A stretch of DNA of 64,000 nucleotides from Alphaproteobacteria bacterium (GCA_965214705.1 OZ243972.1:64001-128000); one strand, 5' to 3'. Positions 32,287-42,764 are shown, counted from the first letter of the stretch. The notes: generated by a model not told the origin, from the sequence alone. Made by a program: numbers and translations.

Positions 32287-33438
32287 CTAGTCCGACGCCC
32301 GCCGGGGGCCGAGGGTCGGCTGAACCGGCGCGCTGCCGCGATAAGGAACGAGGCCGATGATCATTTCGAACAAGCCAGCAATTCCCTTCGGCAGGAAGCG
32401 GACGACGACGATGAAGATCGTGCCGAGGATCACGAACCAAGCGGCCTGGAACTCGTCGCCCACGTAGCTCTGGATGGTGTTGATGAAGATGGCGCCGAAG
32501 ATCGCGCCGAACAGCGAGAGCCTGCCGCCGACGGCGGCCCAGATCACCATGGTGATGCTGAAGAAGATCTCCAGCGACGTCGGCGAGACGTACTGGACGA
32601 TCATCACCCAGACGATGCCCGCGATCGCGGCGATGAGGCCGGAGATCGTGAACACCGTCACCTGATAGAAGGCGACGTTGTAGCCGAGGAAACGCGCTCG
32701 TTCGGGGTCGTCGCGTATCGCCTGAATTATGGTGCCGAATTTGCTCGCAAGCAGTGCCTTGGTCCCGAGCGTCAGCGCGGCCAGAACACCGAGCGCCACC
32801 CAGTAGATCATGCTGCTGTAGGGGTCCACATCGACGCCGAACGCCTGGAACGAACTGGGCGGCGAGATACCGTTGAAGCCCGCCGTGAAAGGCTGCATGT
32901 CGTAGGCCATATTGTACCAGGCGCCGAGCATGGCGAGCGTCATGATGGCGACGAAGGCGCCGGCCAGGCGCGCCTGGAACATCAGGAAGCCGAAGATGAT
33001 GAAGAAGAGCGTCGGGATTCCGAGCGCCAGGATCAGCCCGACTTCGGTATGCCAGAAGGGCTCCCAGACCGTGGGCAGCTCCTCCAGCTCGTTGGTCAGC
33101 ATGAAGCTCGGGATCGGGTCGTATTCCGGATCCTGGTACTGCATCTGCATGGTGGCGCCCATGCCGTAGGCCGCCATGCCGAAGGCGATTCCCTGGCCCA
33201 GGCTGAGGATGCCGCCAAAGCCCCACACCAGGCTCACCGAAAGCGCCAGCATGCCGAAGACGCCGTAGCGCGCGAACTGGTTGAGCGCGAAGGGGTCGTC
33301 GCCCATGAACACGGGGATGGTGGCGAGCGCGCCGAAGGCGACGACGTACATCGCCCACTGCGCGCGCTTGTCGTGATAGAGGTTCTGCCGCTGCCCCGTT
33401 GGCTCCAGTTTCAACCTTTCCAACAACATGACGTTCAC
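32287..33438 (-). CDS. urtC: Urea/amide ABC permease (UrtC-like)
   Basis: LVWGFGGILSLGQG, AIRDD, IWAAVGGR. Confidence 0.87.
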   Translation of the reverse strand: MNVMLLERLKLEPTGQRQNLYHDKRAQWAMYVVAFGALATIPVFMGDDPFALNQFARYGVFGMLALSVSLVWGFGGILSLGQGIAFGMAAYGMGATMQMQYQDPEYDPIPSFMLTNELEELPTVWEPFWHTEVGLILALGIPTLFFIIFGFLMFQARLAGAFVAIMTLAMLGAWYNMAYDMQPFTAGFNGISPPSSFQAFGVDVDPYSSMIYWVALGVLAALTLGTKALLASKFGTIIQAIRDDPERARFLGYNVAFYQVTVFTISGLIAAIAGIVWVMIVQYVSPTSLEIFFSITMVIWAAVGGRLSLFGAIFGAIFINTIQSYVGDEFQAAWFVILGTIFIVVVRFLPKGIAGLFEMIIGLVPYRGSAPVQPTLGPRRASD

Positions 33439-33444
33439 CCTGCC

Positions 33445-34347
33445 CTAGCGCCGCGCCATGCTCGGCGCAAAGATCCCCTGCGGACGGAAGCGCAGGAAGA
33501 TCACGATCAGGATGAACAGCACGAAGCGGGCGAAGGTGTCGTTCGTGAAGTAGGAGAAGATTGAGAACATCTCGCCCATGATGCCGGCTGTCGCCAGGCT
33601 GCCGAATAGCTCGCCGCCGCCCGTCACCACCACCAGGAAGGCCTCGACCACGTAGCCCAGCCCCATGTCCGGGAAGATCGTCTTCAGGCCCGCGAACATG
33701 GAGCCCGAGATTCCCGCGAGGCCCGCCCCATAGGCGAAGGTGAGGCCGTACACCCGGCTCGAATTGATGCCGAACGACGCCGCCATCTGCGGGTTCTGCA
33801 TGACGGCGCGAACCTGGATGCCGATATTGGTCTTGAACAGGATCGCCCACGTCATGGCGACCAGCGCCAGTGCCGCGAAGAAGATGAAGATCCTGATCCA
33901 CGGCACGTGGACGAAGTCGATCGTCATCACGCTGGTCAGCCAATCGGGTACCTCGACGTATTGCGGCTCGCCGCCGAAGATCAGCCGGATGCTCTGGATG
34001 AAGACCAAGGATACGCCCCATGTCGCGAGGAGCGTGTCCAATGGTCGGTCGTACAAGTGTCGTATGAGGCCCCGTTCGACCAGCCATCCGATGAAGCCGA
34101 CAAGCACGAAGGAGATCGGCAGGCAGAGCAGCCAGGGGAACCCGCCGAAATACTGCATCATCCAGGTGAAGTAGGCCCCCAGCATGATGAACTCGCCATG
34201 GGCCATGTTGATGACGCCCATGGTGCCGTAAATGATGGTCAGGCCCAGCGCCGCGACCAGCCAGATGCTGGCCAGGCTGAGCCCGATAATCAGCGCATTA
34301 ATGAACGGTTCTGCGGCGAAGGGTGTCCAGAAATCGTGGACGCTCAT
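33445..34347 (-). CDS. urtB: Urea/amide ABC permease (UrtB-like)
   Basis: ALGLTIIYG.MGVINMAHGEF, RPLDTLLATWG. Confidence 0.87.
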   Translation of the reverse strand: MSVHDFWTPFAAEPFINALIIGLSLASIWLVAALGLTIIYGTMGVINMAHGEFIMLGAYFTWMMQYFGGFPWLLCLPISFVLVGFIGWLVERGLIRHLYDRPLDTLLATWGVSLVFIQSIRLIFGGEPQYVEVPDWLTSVMTIDFVHVPWIRIFIFFAALALVAMTWAILFKTNIGIQVRAVMQNPQMAASFGINSSRVYGLTFAYGAGLAGISGSMFAGLKTIFPDMGLGYVVEAFLVVVTGGGELFGSLATAGIMGEMFSIFSYFTNDTFARFVLFILIVIFLRFRPQGIFAPSMARR

Positions 34348-34507
34348 GAATTGAGTCTCGCCTCTCTCCCTGTTGCGGTCCTGCCGGCAGTGGCCCGCGG
34401 GTGCGTGCCCGTGAAGTCAGCCGGCCGCCGCCTTCCTCCCCCGCCGGGGAACGACGGGGCGGAGGAAATGCCCCTCCGCCCCGACACTACCAGATCGAAC
34501 AGGTCTC

Positions 34508-35851
34508 TTACAGAACGTCCTTCTGAACAGTCCCGTCGGGCCGGTGCAGGCCGTCGGCCTTGCAGACACCGCGCTCGGGATAGATCGCGAAGGGATCCGG
34601 CCCGACGTGCTCGTCGGCCTGGCGCACGATGGTGAACTGACCGTCTGCACCGCACTGGCCGATCTTGGGCTTGAGCCAGATGTTGAAGTTGTCCGGATCG
34701 ATCCAGACCTTGCCCTCCGGGCTCTCCTCGTCGCTGAGCGTCACCGGGCCCTGGTCGCGCCAGTTACCGCTGACGTCGCGGATCATGCGCGGCGTGATGG
34801 CTTCCCAGTCGCCGCCGGTCTCCTCGAGGGCGCGCTCGACACCCTTCTTCCACACGTAGATCCCGAGATAGGTCTCTTCCATGTTGTAGTGGGTGACGCC
34901 CCCGCCGCCGTACTGGCTCGAGAGATAACCCTCCACGAACTTCTCGTTGGTCGGGTTCTGCAGGGTCTGGAAGTAAGGCGCAGACAGGAAGTGACCGGCG
35001 CCGGCCTCGTTGCCCATGGCGCGGGTCTCGATCTCACCGGTGGTAAGCGATGCGATCGGCGTCTTGTCGGACTTGAAGCCCTCTTGCAGGAACTGCCGGT
35101 GCAGCGCGATATCGGAGTCGCCAACCACCGTCGACATGATCCAGTCCGGCTGCTGCTGGCGGATCTTGTTGAAGACCGGTGCGAACTCGGAGCCGCCGAG
35201 GGGGATGTAGTCCTCGCCCAGCACCTCGCCGCCGGCCCGCTCCAGCCAGACCTTGACGTTCTTGTTGGACTCTTTCGGCCAGATGTAGTTGGAGCCGACC
35301 AGATAGGTCTTGGGGCCGAAGTTCTCCACCATGAACGGAACCAGGTCATACGAGTGCTGATTGGCGAGCGGCCCGGTGTTGATGATGTTCTGCATGCACT
35401 CCCGGCCTTCGTAGCAGGTCGGGTAGTAGTAGAGGTGGTCCCACTTCATCACGATCGGCATGACCGCACGCCGGCTCGCCGAGGTGTAGCTGCCGTGGAC
35501 CGAAACCACGCGGTCGCGGAGAATGAGCTGCGTGATCTTCTCCGAGTAGACCTTGATGTCGGACTTGGCGTCGACCACCACCGGCTCGACCATCTTGCCG
35601 GCGATGCCGCCTGCCGCGTTGATCTCGTCGACCGCGTAGAGCGAGACCTGGGTCGAATCGTTCTCGACAACCGAGAGGTTGCCGGTCTGCGACCAGAGCA
35701 TGCCGACCTTGATGGGCTCGTCTTCGTAGATCCAGGGCTTCGCGCCCCAGGCCTGCCCAAAGTCCTTGATGTAGATGTGGGGGAATGCAGCCGCGACACC
35801 GGCAGTTCCCGCCAACGCTCCCTTGAGGATGGTACGTCGGTTGACACGCAT
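34508..35851 (-). CDS. Amide-binding protein (UrtA/AmiC/FmdD family), Tat signal
   Basis: NRRTILK, TSASRR, YPTCYEGRE, GSNYIWP, STVVGDS. Confidence 0.88.
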   Translation of the reverse strand: MRVNRRTILKGALAGTAGVAAAFPHIYIKDFGQAWGAKPWIYEDEPIKVGMLWSQTGNLSVVENDSTQVSLYAVDEINAAGGIAGKMVEPVVVDAKSDIKVYSEKITQLILRDRVVSVHGSYTSASRRAVMPIVMKWDHLYYYPTCYEGRECMQNIINTGPLANQHSYDLVPFMVENFGPKTYLVGSNYIWPKESNKNVKVWLERAGGEVLGEDYIPLGGSEFAPVFNKIRQQQPDWIMSTVVGDSDIALHRQFLQEGFKSDKTPIASLTTGEIETRAMGNEAGAGHFLSAPYFQTLQNPTNEKFVEGYLSSQYGGGGVTHYNMEETYLGIYVWKKGVERALEETGGDWEAITPRMIRDVSGNWRDQGPVTLSDEESPEGKVWIDPDNFNIWLKPKIGQCGADGQFTIVRQADEHVGPDPFAIYPERGVCKADGLHRPDGTVQKDVL

Positions 35852-36003
35852 AGTAGAACTCTCCCTTGGTTTCTCCCGATGCTCTCACCCCGAGGGGCAG
35901 CGCACGGACCGCCGCCGCTGTGACGACAGGATGTGTCCGTATCCGCGATAGTCTCTCCCGTTGAACGATAATGTCAACAGAGTGACAAGCCATTCACGAC
36001 ATT

Positions 36004-36042
36004 TACGAAATTCGGGTTACTCGGCTACGAAATTCGTAGCCG
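36004..36042. promoter_or_regulatory. Candidate operator: 21-bp palindrome plus a direct repeat
   Basis: CGGCTACGAA-A-TTCGTAGCCG (36022-36042); TACGAAATTCG at 36004 and 36026, 22 bp apart. Confidence 0.6.
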
Positions 36043-36131
36043 GCCCCAAGTCTACGGACGGTTGCGTTCTACCCCCTCAATTGGAATCATTGGCTCCAGC
36101 CGGCCACGGCGGCGACGAGAGGAGCAGGGCC

Positions 36132-36263
36132 ATGAACCCGAAAGCCAAGCGCATTCTTCAGCTCTGCGCCGACAACGTGTTCTGGGTTTTCCTGGCCCTG
36201 ATGATCATCCTCGGCTCCGCCATGGAAACGCCGATGATCAACGTTGGCCTGACCGCCCGCTGA
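36132..36263 (+). CDS. Small membrane peptide, 43 aa
   Basis: AGGAG RBS; MNPKAKRILQLCADNVFWVFLALMIILGSAM... with one TM segment. Confidence 0.55.
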   Translation: MNPKAKRILQLCADNVFWVFLALMIILGSAMETPMINVGLTAR

Positions 36264-36351
36264 GCGCAGCACGCGTCGGCAGGACCAAGGGCCGGAGCAG
36301 CGCCACGCGAACAGAAAAGCGCCCCATCGTCCGCACTCGACGGCGGACACG

Positions 36352-37623
36352 ATGAACCGACGGGCGAGACGACGGCAGTCGCGGCAGTCGGCGGCCGGCC
36401 CCCGCGCGGGCGACAAGGGTGTCGCGCACGGGGACGTCCTCGCCCGCGCCGCGCGCCACATGAAGGAAGGCCGCCCACAGAGGGCGGACCAGCTCCTCTC
36501 GAAGCTGCTGGCGGGGGATGGGGCGGCCGATCCCAGCGTCCTCCACTATGCCGGCGTCGCCCGCTACCGCTGCAGCCGCTTCGACGAGGCCGCCGCGCTG
36601 CTGCGCCAAGCGACCGAGGCGGCGCCCACCTATGCGGAGGCGCACAACAGCTTCGGCATCCTCCTGCTCGAGACCGGACAGACCGCCGAGGCCCGAGACG
36701 TGCTGGAGCGCGCCGTCGCGCTCCGACCCGACTACGCCAACGCCCATACCAATCTCGGTAATGCGCTAAGCGAGTCCGGCATGGGCGAAGAGGCGGTGGC
36801 GGCCTACCGCAAGGCCATCGCCCTCGACCCCTACGACCTGCAGGCGCATCACCGGCTCGCGCGGACCCATCTCGCCCTCGGCGCGGTGGATCGCGCCCTG
36901 GCCGCCTGCACCACCGCACTCGCCATTGACCCCTTCTGCCAGAACGCGCTGGCAACCCACGCGCTCGCTGAGCAGATCGGGGGCGATTGCGACGCCGGCA
37001 GCAAGCTCTACGATTTCGACCGCTTCATCACCCGGATTTCCCTCACGCCGCCACCCGGCAGCGGCGACATCGAGACATTCAACGAAGCGCTGGCAACCGC
37101 CGTTCGCGAGGCGCCCTCCCTGGTCTGGGAGCCGCCCAACCGCGTGACCCGCAACGGCGCGGTGACCCAGGACATGCTGGCTGCGCCGAGCCCACCCATC
37201 CGCAGCCTGGAGCGCGCACTGCGCGCCGCCATCGACGCCTACAAGGAGACGCTGACGGCAGACCCGGAGAGCCCCTTTCTCGCCCGTATCCCCCGGCGCT
37301 ATCGCCTCACGCTGATCGCCTCGATCCTCACGGCCGGCGGGCGTCACCCGCCGCATATTCACGAGAGCGCATGGCTGAGCGGGGTCTATTACGTCGCGGT
37401 GCCGCCACAGATCGGTGCCGAGAGCGAAGACCACGGCGGTTGGCTCGAGTTCGGCCGTCCCGACCACGACCTGCCCGAAGGCAGCACGTTCCGTTGCGTC
37501 AGCCTCCCACCGCGCGCCGGCACCGCGCTGCTCTTCCCGTCTTACATCTTTCACGGGACGCTGCCCTTCGACGGACCGGGCGAGCGCATCGGCATCGCCT
37601 TCGACGCCTACCCCGAGCCGTGA
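36352..37623 (+). CDS. TPR-repeat protein with a C-terminal putative 2OG-Fe(II) oxygenase domain
   Basis: TPR repeats (AHNSFG, AHTNLGNAL); HPPHIH..WLSGVYY, LFPSY..HGT, RIGIAFD. Confidence 0.85.
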   Translation: MNRRARRRQSRQSAAGPRAGDKGVAHGDVLARAARHMKEGRPQRADQLLSKLLAGDGAADPSVLHYAGVARYRCSRFDEAAALLRQATEAAPTYAEAHNSFGILLLETGQTAEARDVLERAVALRPDYANAHTNLGNALSESGMGEEAVAAYRKAIALDPYDLQAHHRLARTHLALGAVDRALAACTTALAIDPFCQNALATHALAEQIGGDCDAGSKLYDFDRFITRISLTPPPGSGDIETFNEALATAVREAPSLVWEPPNRVTRNGAVTQDMLAAPSPPIRSLERALRAAIDAYKETLTADPESPFLARIPRRYRLTLIASILTAGGRHPPHIHESAWLSGVYYVAVPPQIGAESEDHGGWLEFGRPDHDLPEGSTFRCVSLPPRAGTALLFPSYIFHGTLPFDGPGERIGIAFDAYPEP

Positions 37624-37761
37624 GGCCGCGGTGGATGCCCACCTCGGCCGGCAGCGCCCACACCGCATGGCGTTTCGTCGAGAACCGGCTATAACACGGG
37701 GCGAATCGGCCGGGCGGTGCCGCCCGATGCCGGTGGTGGAGCGAGCGGGCTTCTGACCTCC

Positions 37762-38820
37762 ATGACGGATTCCACCGACTTCAAGGCGCTCATCGGGCGT
37801 GTCGCGACCGGCGCGTCGCTCACGGTCGACGAATCGCGCGCCGCCTTCGACGCGATGATGGAAGGCGCGGTGACGCCAGCGCAGATGGGCGGCTTCCTCA
37901 TGGCGTTGCGGGTGCGGGGCGAAACGGTGGACGAGATCACCGGCGGCGCACAGGCCATGCGCGCCCGCGCGCTCAGCATCGACGCGCCGGAGGGCGCCAT
38001 CGACACCTGCGGCACCGGCGGCGATGCGAAGGGTACCTTCAACATCTCGACCGCCGCAGCGCTGGTCGCCGCGGGCTGTGGCGTGCCCGTCGCCAAGCAC
38101 GGCAACCGGGCGCTCTCCTCGCGCTCAGGCTCGGCCGACCTGCTCGCCGCCCTAGGCGTGACCATCGACGCCAACATGGCGCTGGTCCGGGATGCCTTGT
38201 GGGAGGCCAACATCGGCTTCCTCATGGCGCCCCGGCACCACGGCGCCATGCGCCACGTCGGGCCCACTCGCGTCGAGCTCGGCACGCGCACCGTCTTTAA
38301 CTTGCTGGGCCCGCTCTCGAACCCGGCCGGTGCCAAGCGCCAGGTGATCGGCGTGTTCGACCCCAAGTGGGCGCGTCCGATGGCCGAGGTATTGCGGAAT
38401 CTCGGCTCCGAGCGTGTCTGGGTCGTCCACGGCAGCGACGGCACGGACGAACTCACCACCACCGGCCCGTCCACCGTGGTCGAGCTCGACGGCAGCGCGA
38501 TCCGCCGCTTCGAGGTCGCGCCCGAAGACGCCGGCTTACAACGGGCTGCGCCCGACGACCTGAAGGGCGGCGATCCGGAGACCAATGCCGGCATCGTTCG
38601 CGGCGTGCTCGCCGGCGAACCCGGCGCCGCACGCGATATCGTGCTGCTCAATGCCGCCGCTGCGCTCGTCGTCGCCGGGCGCGCGGACAACTTGCGGGAG
38701 GGAGTGCGCACGGCCGCAGAGGCGGTCGACGGCGGCAGGGCCCAGGCCGCACTCGACCGGCTCGTCGAGATCAGCGGCCGGGGCACGCCCGCCAAGGCTC
38801 AGGGCGGCATCGGCCGATGA
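37762..38820 (+). CDS. trpD: Anthranilate phosphoribosyltransferase
   Basis: [28 protein letters not shown]. Confidence 0.97.
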   Translation: MTDSTDFKALIGRVATGASLTVDESRAAFDAMMEGAVTPAQMGGFLMALRVRGETVDEITGGAQAMRARALSIDAPEGAIDTCGTGGDAKGTFNISTAAALVAAGCGVPVAKHGNRALSSRSGSADLLAALGVTIDANMALVRDALWEANIGFLMAPRHHGAMRHVGPTRVELGTRTVFNLLGPLSNPAGAKRQVIGVFDPKWARPMAEVLRNLGSERVWVVHGSDGTDELTTTGPSTVVELDGSAIRRFEVAPEDAGLQRAAPDDLKGGDPETNAGIVRGVLAGEPGAARDIVLLNAAAALVVAGRADNLREGVRTAAEAVDGGRAQAALDRLVEISGRGTPAKAQGGIGR

Positions 38821-39647
38821 GCGACGTTCTCGCGAAGATCTGCGATGACAAGCGGCATCACGTCGCCGCCCGCAAGCGGGCCGTCTCCCAGGCGGCGCTT
38901 GCCGATCGGGCGCTCGCCGTCGAACCACCGCGCGGCTTCGCCCGGGCGCTCGCCGCGGTCGCCGACACTGGGCGGCCGGCGCTCATCGCCGAGCTCAAGA
39001 AGGTATCGCCGAGCAAGGGCTTGATCCGCGCCGACTTCGACCCGCCCGCTCTGGCCACCGCTTACGCTGCCGGCGGCGCGGCCTGCCTCTCGGTGCTGAC
39101 GGACAGGGACTACTTCCAGGGCGAGGACCGGTTTCTCACGGAGGCGCATGCGGCGGTCTCGCTCCCCGTGCTGCGCAAGGATTTCATGCTCGACCCCTAT
39201 CAAGTGGTCGAAGCGCGGGCGCAGGGCGCGGACTGCATCCTGCTCATCATGGCCGCCCTGGAAGACGGCCAGGCCGCCGAGCTCGCGGCGGCGGCGGCGG
39301 AGCTCGGCATGGACACGCTGGTAGAGGTCCACGACGAGCCCGAGCTCTCTCGGGCGCTCCGGCTCAAGGCTTCCCTGCTCGGCATCAACAACCGCAACCT
39401 GAAGACCCTCGAGGTCGATCTCGCCACTACCGAGCGCCTCGCACCGCTCGCGGTCGACGGGCCGCCCATCGTCTGCGAGAGCGGCCTGCACGGCCCCGAC
39501 GACATCGCGCGCATGGCGGCGCTCGGCGTGCACCGGTTTTTGGTTGGCGAATCGCTCATGCGGCAGACCGATGTTGCGGCGGCCACGGCAGCGTTGCTCG
39601 CGCCTGTCTCCGGCGCTGCATCGGGCGCAAGAGCGGCAGAGGCCTGA
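38817..39647 (+). CDS. trpC: Indole-3-glycerol phosphate synthase
   Basis: [30 protein letters not shown]; ATGA overlap with trpD. Confidence 0.96.
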   Translation: MSDVLAKICDDKRHHVAARKRAVSQAALADRALAVEPPRGFARALAAVADTGRPALIAELKKVSPSKGLIRADFDPPALATAYAAGGAACLSVLTDRDYFQGEDRFLTEAHAAVSLPVLRKDFMLDPYQVVEARAQGADCILLIMAALEDGQAAELAAAAAELGMDTLVEVHDEPELSRALRLKASLLGINNRNLKTLEVDLATTERLAPLAVDGPPIVCESGLHGPDDIARMAALGVHRFLVGESLMRQTDVAAATAALLAPVSGAASGARAAEA

Positions 39648-39650
39648 GCG

Positions 39651-40127
39651 ATGGCGCGGCTCACTCACATCGACGAAGAGGGCAAGGCGCGCATGGTGGA
39701 CGTGACCGAGAAGGAGGTCACCGAGCGCCGGGCCACGGCACGGGCGCGGGTACTGATGAAGCCCGAGACCGTGCGCCTGATCGCGGAAGGCGGCGTCGCC
39801 AAGGGCGACGTGCTGGGCGTCGCCCGCCTGGCCGGCATCATGGCCGCCAAGCGCACCGCCGATCTGATCCCGCTCTGCCATCCGCTCGCGCTCAGCGCCG
39901 TCGACGTGACGCTCGCCTGCGACGAGGCGGAAGGTGCCGTCGATATCGAGGCCAGCTGCCGCACCACCGCGCGTACCGGAGTCGAGATGGAGGCGCTGAC
40001 CGCCGCGAGCGTCGCCGCACTCACCGTCTACGACATGTGCAAGGCCGCGGATCGCGGCATGCGCATCACCGACGTGCGGCTCACCCACAAGACGGGCGGC
40101 CGGTCCGGCGAATTCAAGGCGCCCTGA
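39651..40127 (+). CDS. moaC: Cyclic pyranopterin monophosphate synthase MoaC
   Basis: [27 protein letters not shown]. Confidence 0.97.
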   Translation: MARLTHIDEEGKARMVDVTEKEVTERRATARARVLMKPETVRLIAEGGVAKGDVLGVARLAGIMAAKRTADLIPLCHPLALSAVDVTLACDEAEGAVDIEASCRTTARTGVEMEALTAASVAALTVYDMCKAADRGMRITDVRLTHKTGGRSGEFKAP

Positions 40128-40130
40128 GCG

Positions 40131-41348
40131 ATGATTCCGGTCGCAGAGGCCGTCGCCCGCATCACCGCCGCATTTTCGCCGCTGCCGGCGGAGACCGTGC
40201 CGCTCGCCACAGCCCACGGCCGCGTGCTGGCAGCGGATGTCGTCGCTCGCCTCACGCAGCCGCCCTTCGCCGTCTCGGCGATGGATGGCTACGCGGCGCG
40301 CGCCGCCGACGTGGCGGACCCGCCCGTCACACTGCGCCAGATCGGCAGCGCGCCGGCCGGCGCGCGCTTCGAGGGCACGGTCGGCCCCGGCGAGACCGTG
40401 CGAATCTTCACCGGCGCCCCGGTGCCGGACGGCGCCGACACCATCGTAATTCAGGAGAACACCGAGGCCGACGGCGATGCCATCGCCGTACGCGCGGGCG
40501 CGCCGGCGGGCCGCTACATCCGCCCGGCAGGGCTCGACTTTCGCGCGGGCGAGGTGGGAGTCCCGGCAGGACGGCGGCTGGATGCGCGCGCCATCGGGCT
40601 CGCCGCCGCCATGAACCAGCCGTGGCTCACGGTCCGCCGCAAGCCGCGCATCGCGCTGCTGGCCACCGGCGACGAGATCGTCATGCCGGGCGAGCCGCTG
40701 GGCGCCAACCAGATCGTGAGCTCCAACACCCACGCGCTCAGGGCCGTGGTGGAAGGCTGCGGCGGCGAGGCCATCGATCTCGGCATCGCCCGCGACGACG
40801 AGGAGTCCCTCGTGCGCCTTGCCGCCGGCGCGCGCGGCGCCGACCTCCTGATTACCACCGGCGGCGCCTCGGTGGGCGAGCACGACCTGATCCGCGATGC
40901 GCTCAAGGACGAAGGGCTGGCCCTCGACTTCTGGAAGATCGCCATGCGGCCCGGCAAGCCGCTGATGTTCGGCACCATCGGCCGCACCCACTTGCTCGGC
41001 CTGCCGGGCAACCCGGTCTCGTCGCTGGTCTGCGCGCTGATCTTCCTGCGGCCCGCAATGGCGCGCATGCTCGGCACCGACCAGGGCGCCCAACCCATGG
41101 TTGAGCAGGCAAGCCTCGGCGCCGACGTGAGGGAGAACGACGAGCGGGAAGACTATCTGCGCGCGACGCTCAGCCGCGATGAGAACGGCGCGCTCATCGC
41201 CACACCGTTCGCAAAGCAGGACAGCTCCATGCTCTCGCTGCTGGTGCAGGCGCAGTGCCTCGTGGTCCGGCCGCCCCACGCGCCGGCGGCCGCGCAAGGC
41301 ACGGCGGTGGAGATCATCCCCCTCGAAGGCGGACCACCGGCCCTTTAG
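40131..41348 (+). CDS. moeA: Molybdopterin molybdenumtransferase MoeA
   Basis: SAMDGYA, RIFTGAP, TGDE, GGASVG, PGKP, LPGNP. Confidence 0.96.
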   Translation: MIPVAEAVARITAAFSPLPAETVPLATAHGRVLAADVVARLTQPPFAVSAMDGYAARAADVADPPVTLRQIGSAPAGARFEGTVGPGETVRIFTGAPVPDGADTIVIQENTEADGDAIAVRAGAPAGRYIRPAGLDFRAGEVGVPAGRRLDARAIGLAAAMNQPWLTVRRKPRIALLATGDEIVMPGEPLGANQIVSSNTHALRAVVEGCGGEAIDLGIARDDEESLVRLAAGARGADLLITTGGASVGEHDLIRDALKDEGLALDFWKIAMRPGKPLMFGTIGRTHLLGLPGNPVSSLVCALIFLRPAMARMLGTDQGAQPMVEQASLGADVRENDEREDYLRATLSRDENGALIATPFAKQDSSMLSLLVQAQCLVVRPPHAPAAAQGTAVEIIPLEGGPPAL

Positions 41349-41354
41349 CCGCCC

Positions 41355-41966
41355 TTACCCGCCGAGCGGTGCCTGTGGAATAAGCCCGCCGATGCCGGCG
41401 ATTCCGACCGCACCGCTGCCCCGCAACAGGCGCGCACGGGCGCCGTCGATGCCGCCGAGGGCATAGACCGGGAGCGGGCTCGCCTGCGTCAACGCCACGA
41501 AGCGGCGGAGGCCGAGGGCGCGGGCATCCGGGTGGCTCGCGGTGGTGAAGACCGGGGCAAGCAGCACCGCGTCCGCGCCGCAAGCCGCAGCCGTGCGCAA
41601 CGCCGCAGGGGAATGGACGGCGGCGGTGACCAGCCATTCCTGCTGCCAGCGCACCGCACCCGCCCGGCGAATCGCGCGCTCCGGCAGATGCACCCCAGCC
41701 GCGCCGACGCGCCGCGCGAGCACAGGGTCTTCCCCCACCAGCAGGACCAGCCCGCGCCGGTGCGCAATGACGGCCAATTGGCGGGCGAGCGCCGCGCGCT
41801 CCGGCACGCCGTAGTGGCGCAGAATGATGGCGCTCCCCGCCGGCAGCGCGCGAGCTGCCGGGAGCGGATCGGCGAGCCGCGCCTCGTCGGTCATCAGGAT
41901 GAGCGCCGGCAACGGGCTCCCCGCCGCTTGTTTGAGACCGGCCGCGGCCTCTGCTAGCGTTCCCAT
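41355..41966 (-). CDS. Thiamine-phosphate synthase/TenI-like protein
   Basis: GVHLPE, AVHS, APVFTTASHP, PVYALGGI; divergent from yggS. Confidence 0.75.
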   Translation of the reverse strand: MGTLAEAAAGLKQAAGSPLPALILMTDEARLADPLPAARALPAGSAIILRHYGVPERAALARQLAVIAHRRGLVLLVGEDPVLARRVGAAGVHLPERAIRRAGAVRWQQEWLVTAAVHSPAALRTAAACGADAVLLAPVFTTASHPDARALGLRRFVALTQASPLPVYALGGIDGARARLLRGSGAVGIAGIGGLIPQAPLGG

Positions 41967-41988
41967 CGCTCGCTCAACTCAGGCGCCC

Positions 41989-42702
41989 ATGGCCCACGCA
42001 TCTCCCGCTCCCGTCGAAGACGACCCGCAGGCCGTCGATGTCGCGGCCAATCTGGCCGTCGTTACCGCCGAGGTCCAGGACGCGGCGCGCGCCGCCGGAC
42101 GCGACGCGCGCGAGATTACGCTGATCGCCGTCTCCAAGGGACACCCCCCGAGCCGCATCCTGCCCGTGCTCGCCGCCGGCCACGCGACCTTCGGCGAGAA
42201 CAGGGTGCAGGAGGCGAGCCGGAAGTGGCAGGCGCTTCGCGCCGAATGGCCTAGTGCGGTGCTTCACTACATCGGCGCGCTGCAGACCAACAAGGCGCGG
42301 GACGCCGTGGCGGTCGCCGATGCCATCCACGCGATCGACCGGCCGAAGCTGGCTGCAGCGCTCGCCCGCGAGATGGACCGCCAGGGGAAGCGCCCGGACT
42401 GCTTCATTCAGGTCAACACCGGTGCCGAGCCGCAGAAAGCCGGCGTGCTGCCGGATAGCCTCGATGCACTGCTCGCCCAGTGCCAAAGCGATCTGATGCT
42501 GCCGGTGGTCGGGCTCATGTGCATCCCGCCCGCCGCCGAGGACCCTGCCCCCCATTTCACATTGCTAAGGGAGCTGGCCGCACGCCACGGGCTCCGCAAG
42601 CTCAGCATGGGCATGTCGGCCGATTACCGCACCGCGATCGCGCTTGGCGCCACCCACGTCAGGATCGGCACCGCGATCTTCGGTGCCCGGCCCGCGCCCT
42701 AG
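41989..42702 (+). CDS. yggS: PLP homeostasis protein YggS/PROSC
   Basis: LIAVSK, FGENRVQE, IGALQTNK, LSMGMS.D, VRIGTAIFG. Confidence 0.95.
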   Translation: MAHASPAPVEDDPQAVDVAANLAVVTAEVQDAARAAGRDAREITLIAVSKGHPPSRILPVLAAGHATFGENRVQEASRKWQALRAEWPSAVLHYIGALQTNKARDAVAVADAIHAIDRPKLAAALAREMDRQGKRPDCFIQVNTGAEPQKAGVLPDSLDALLAQCQSDLMLPVVGLMCIPPAAEDPAPHFTLLRELAARHGLRKLSMGMSADYRTAIALGATHVRIGTAIFGARPAP

Positions 42703-42764
42703 CCCGAACTACGATGCGTCCGGCTCGCCGGGGAGCCTGGGAGATGAGAGGCGACCGCCGGCGC

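Noticed and set aside
35960-35978. GTTGA-N9-TCAAC as an FNR box
   Set aside because: Spacing does not fit TTGAT-N4-ATCAA; too weak to call
36352-37623. TPR-2OG oxygenase as part of the DMFase system
   Set aside because: Opposite strand, common stand-alone architecture, no evidence of a functional link
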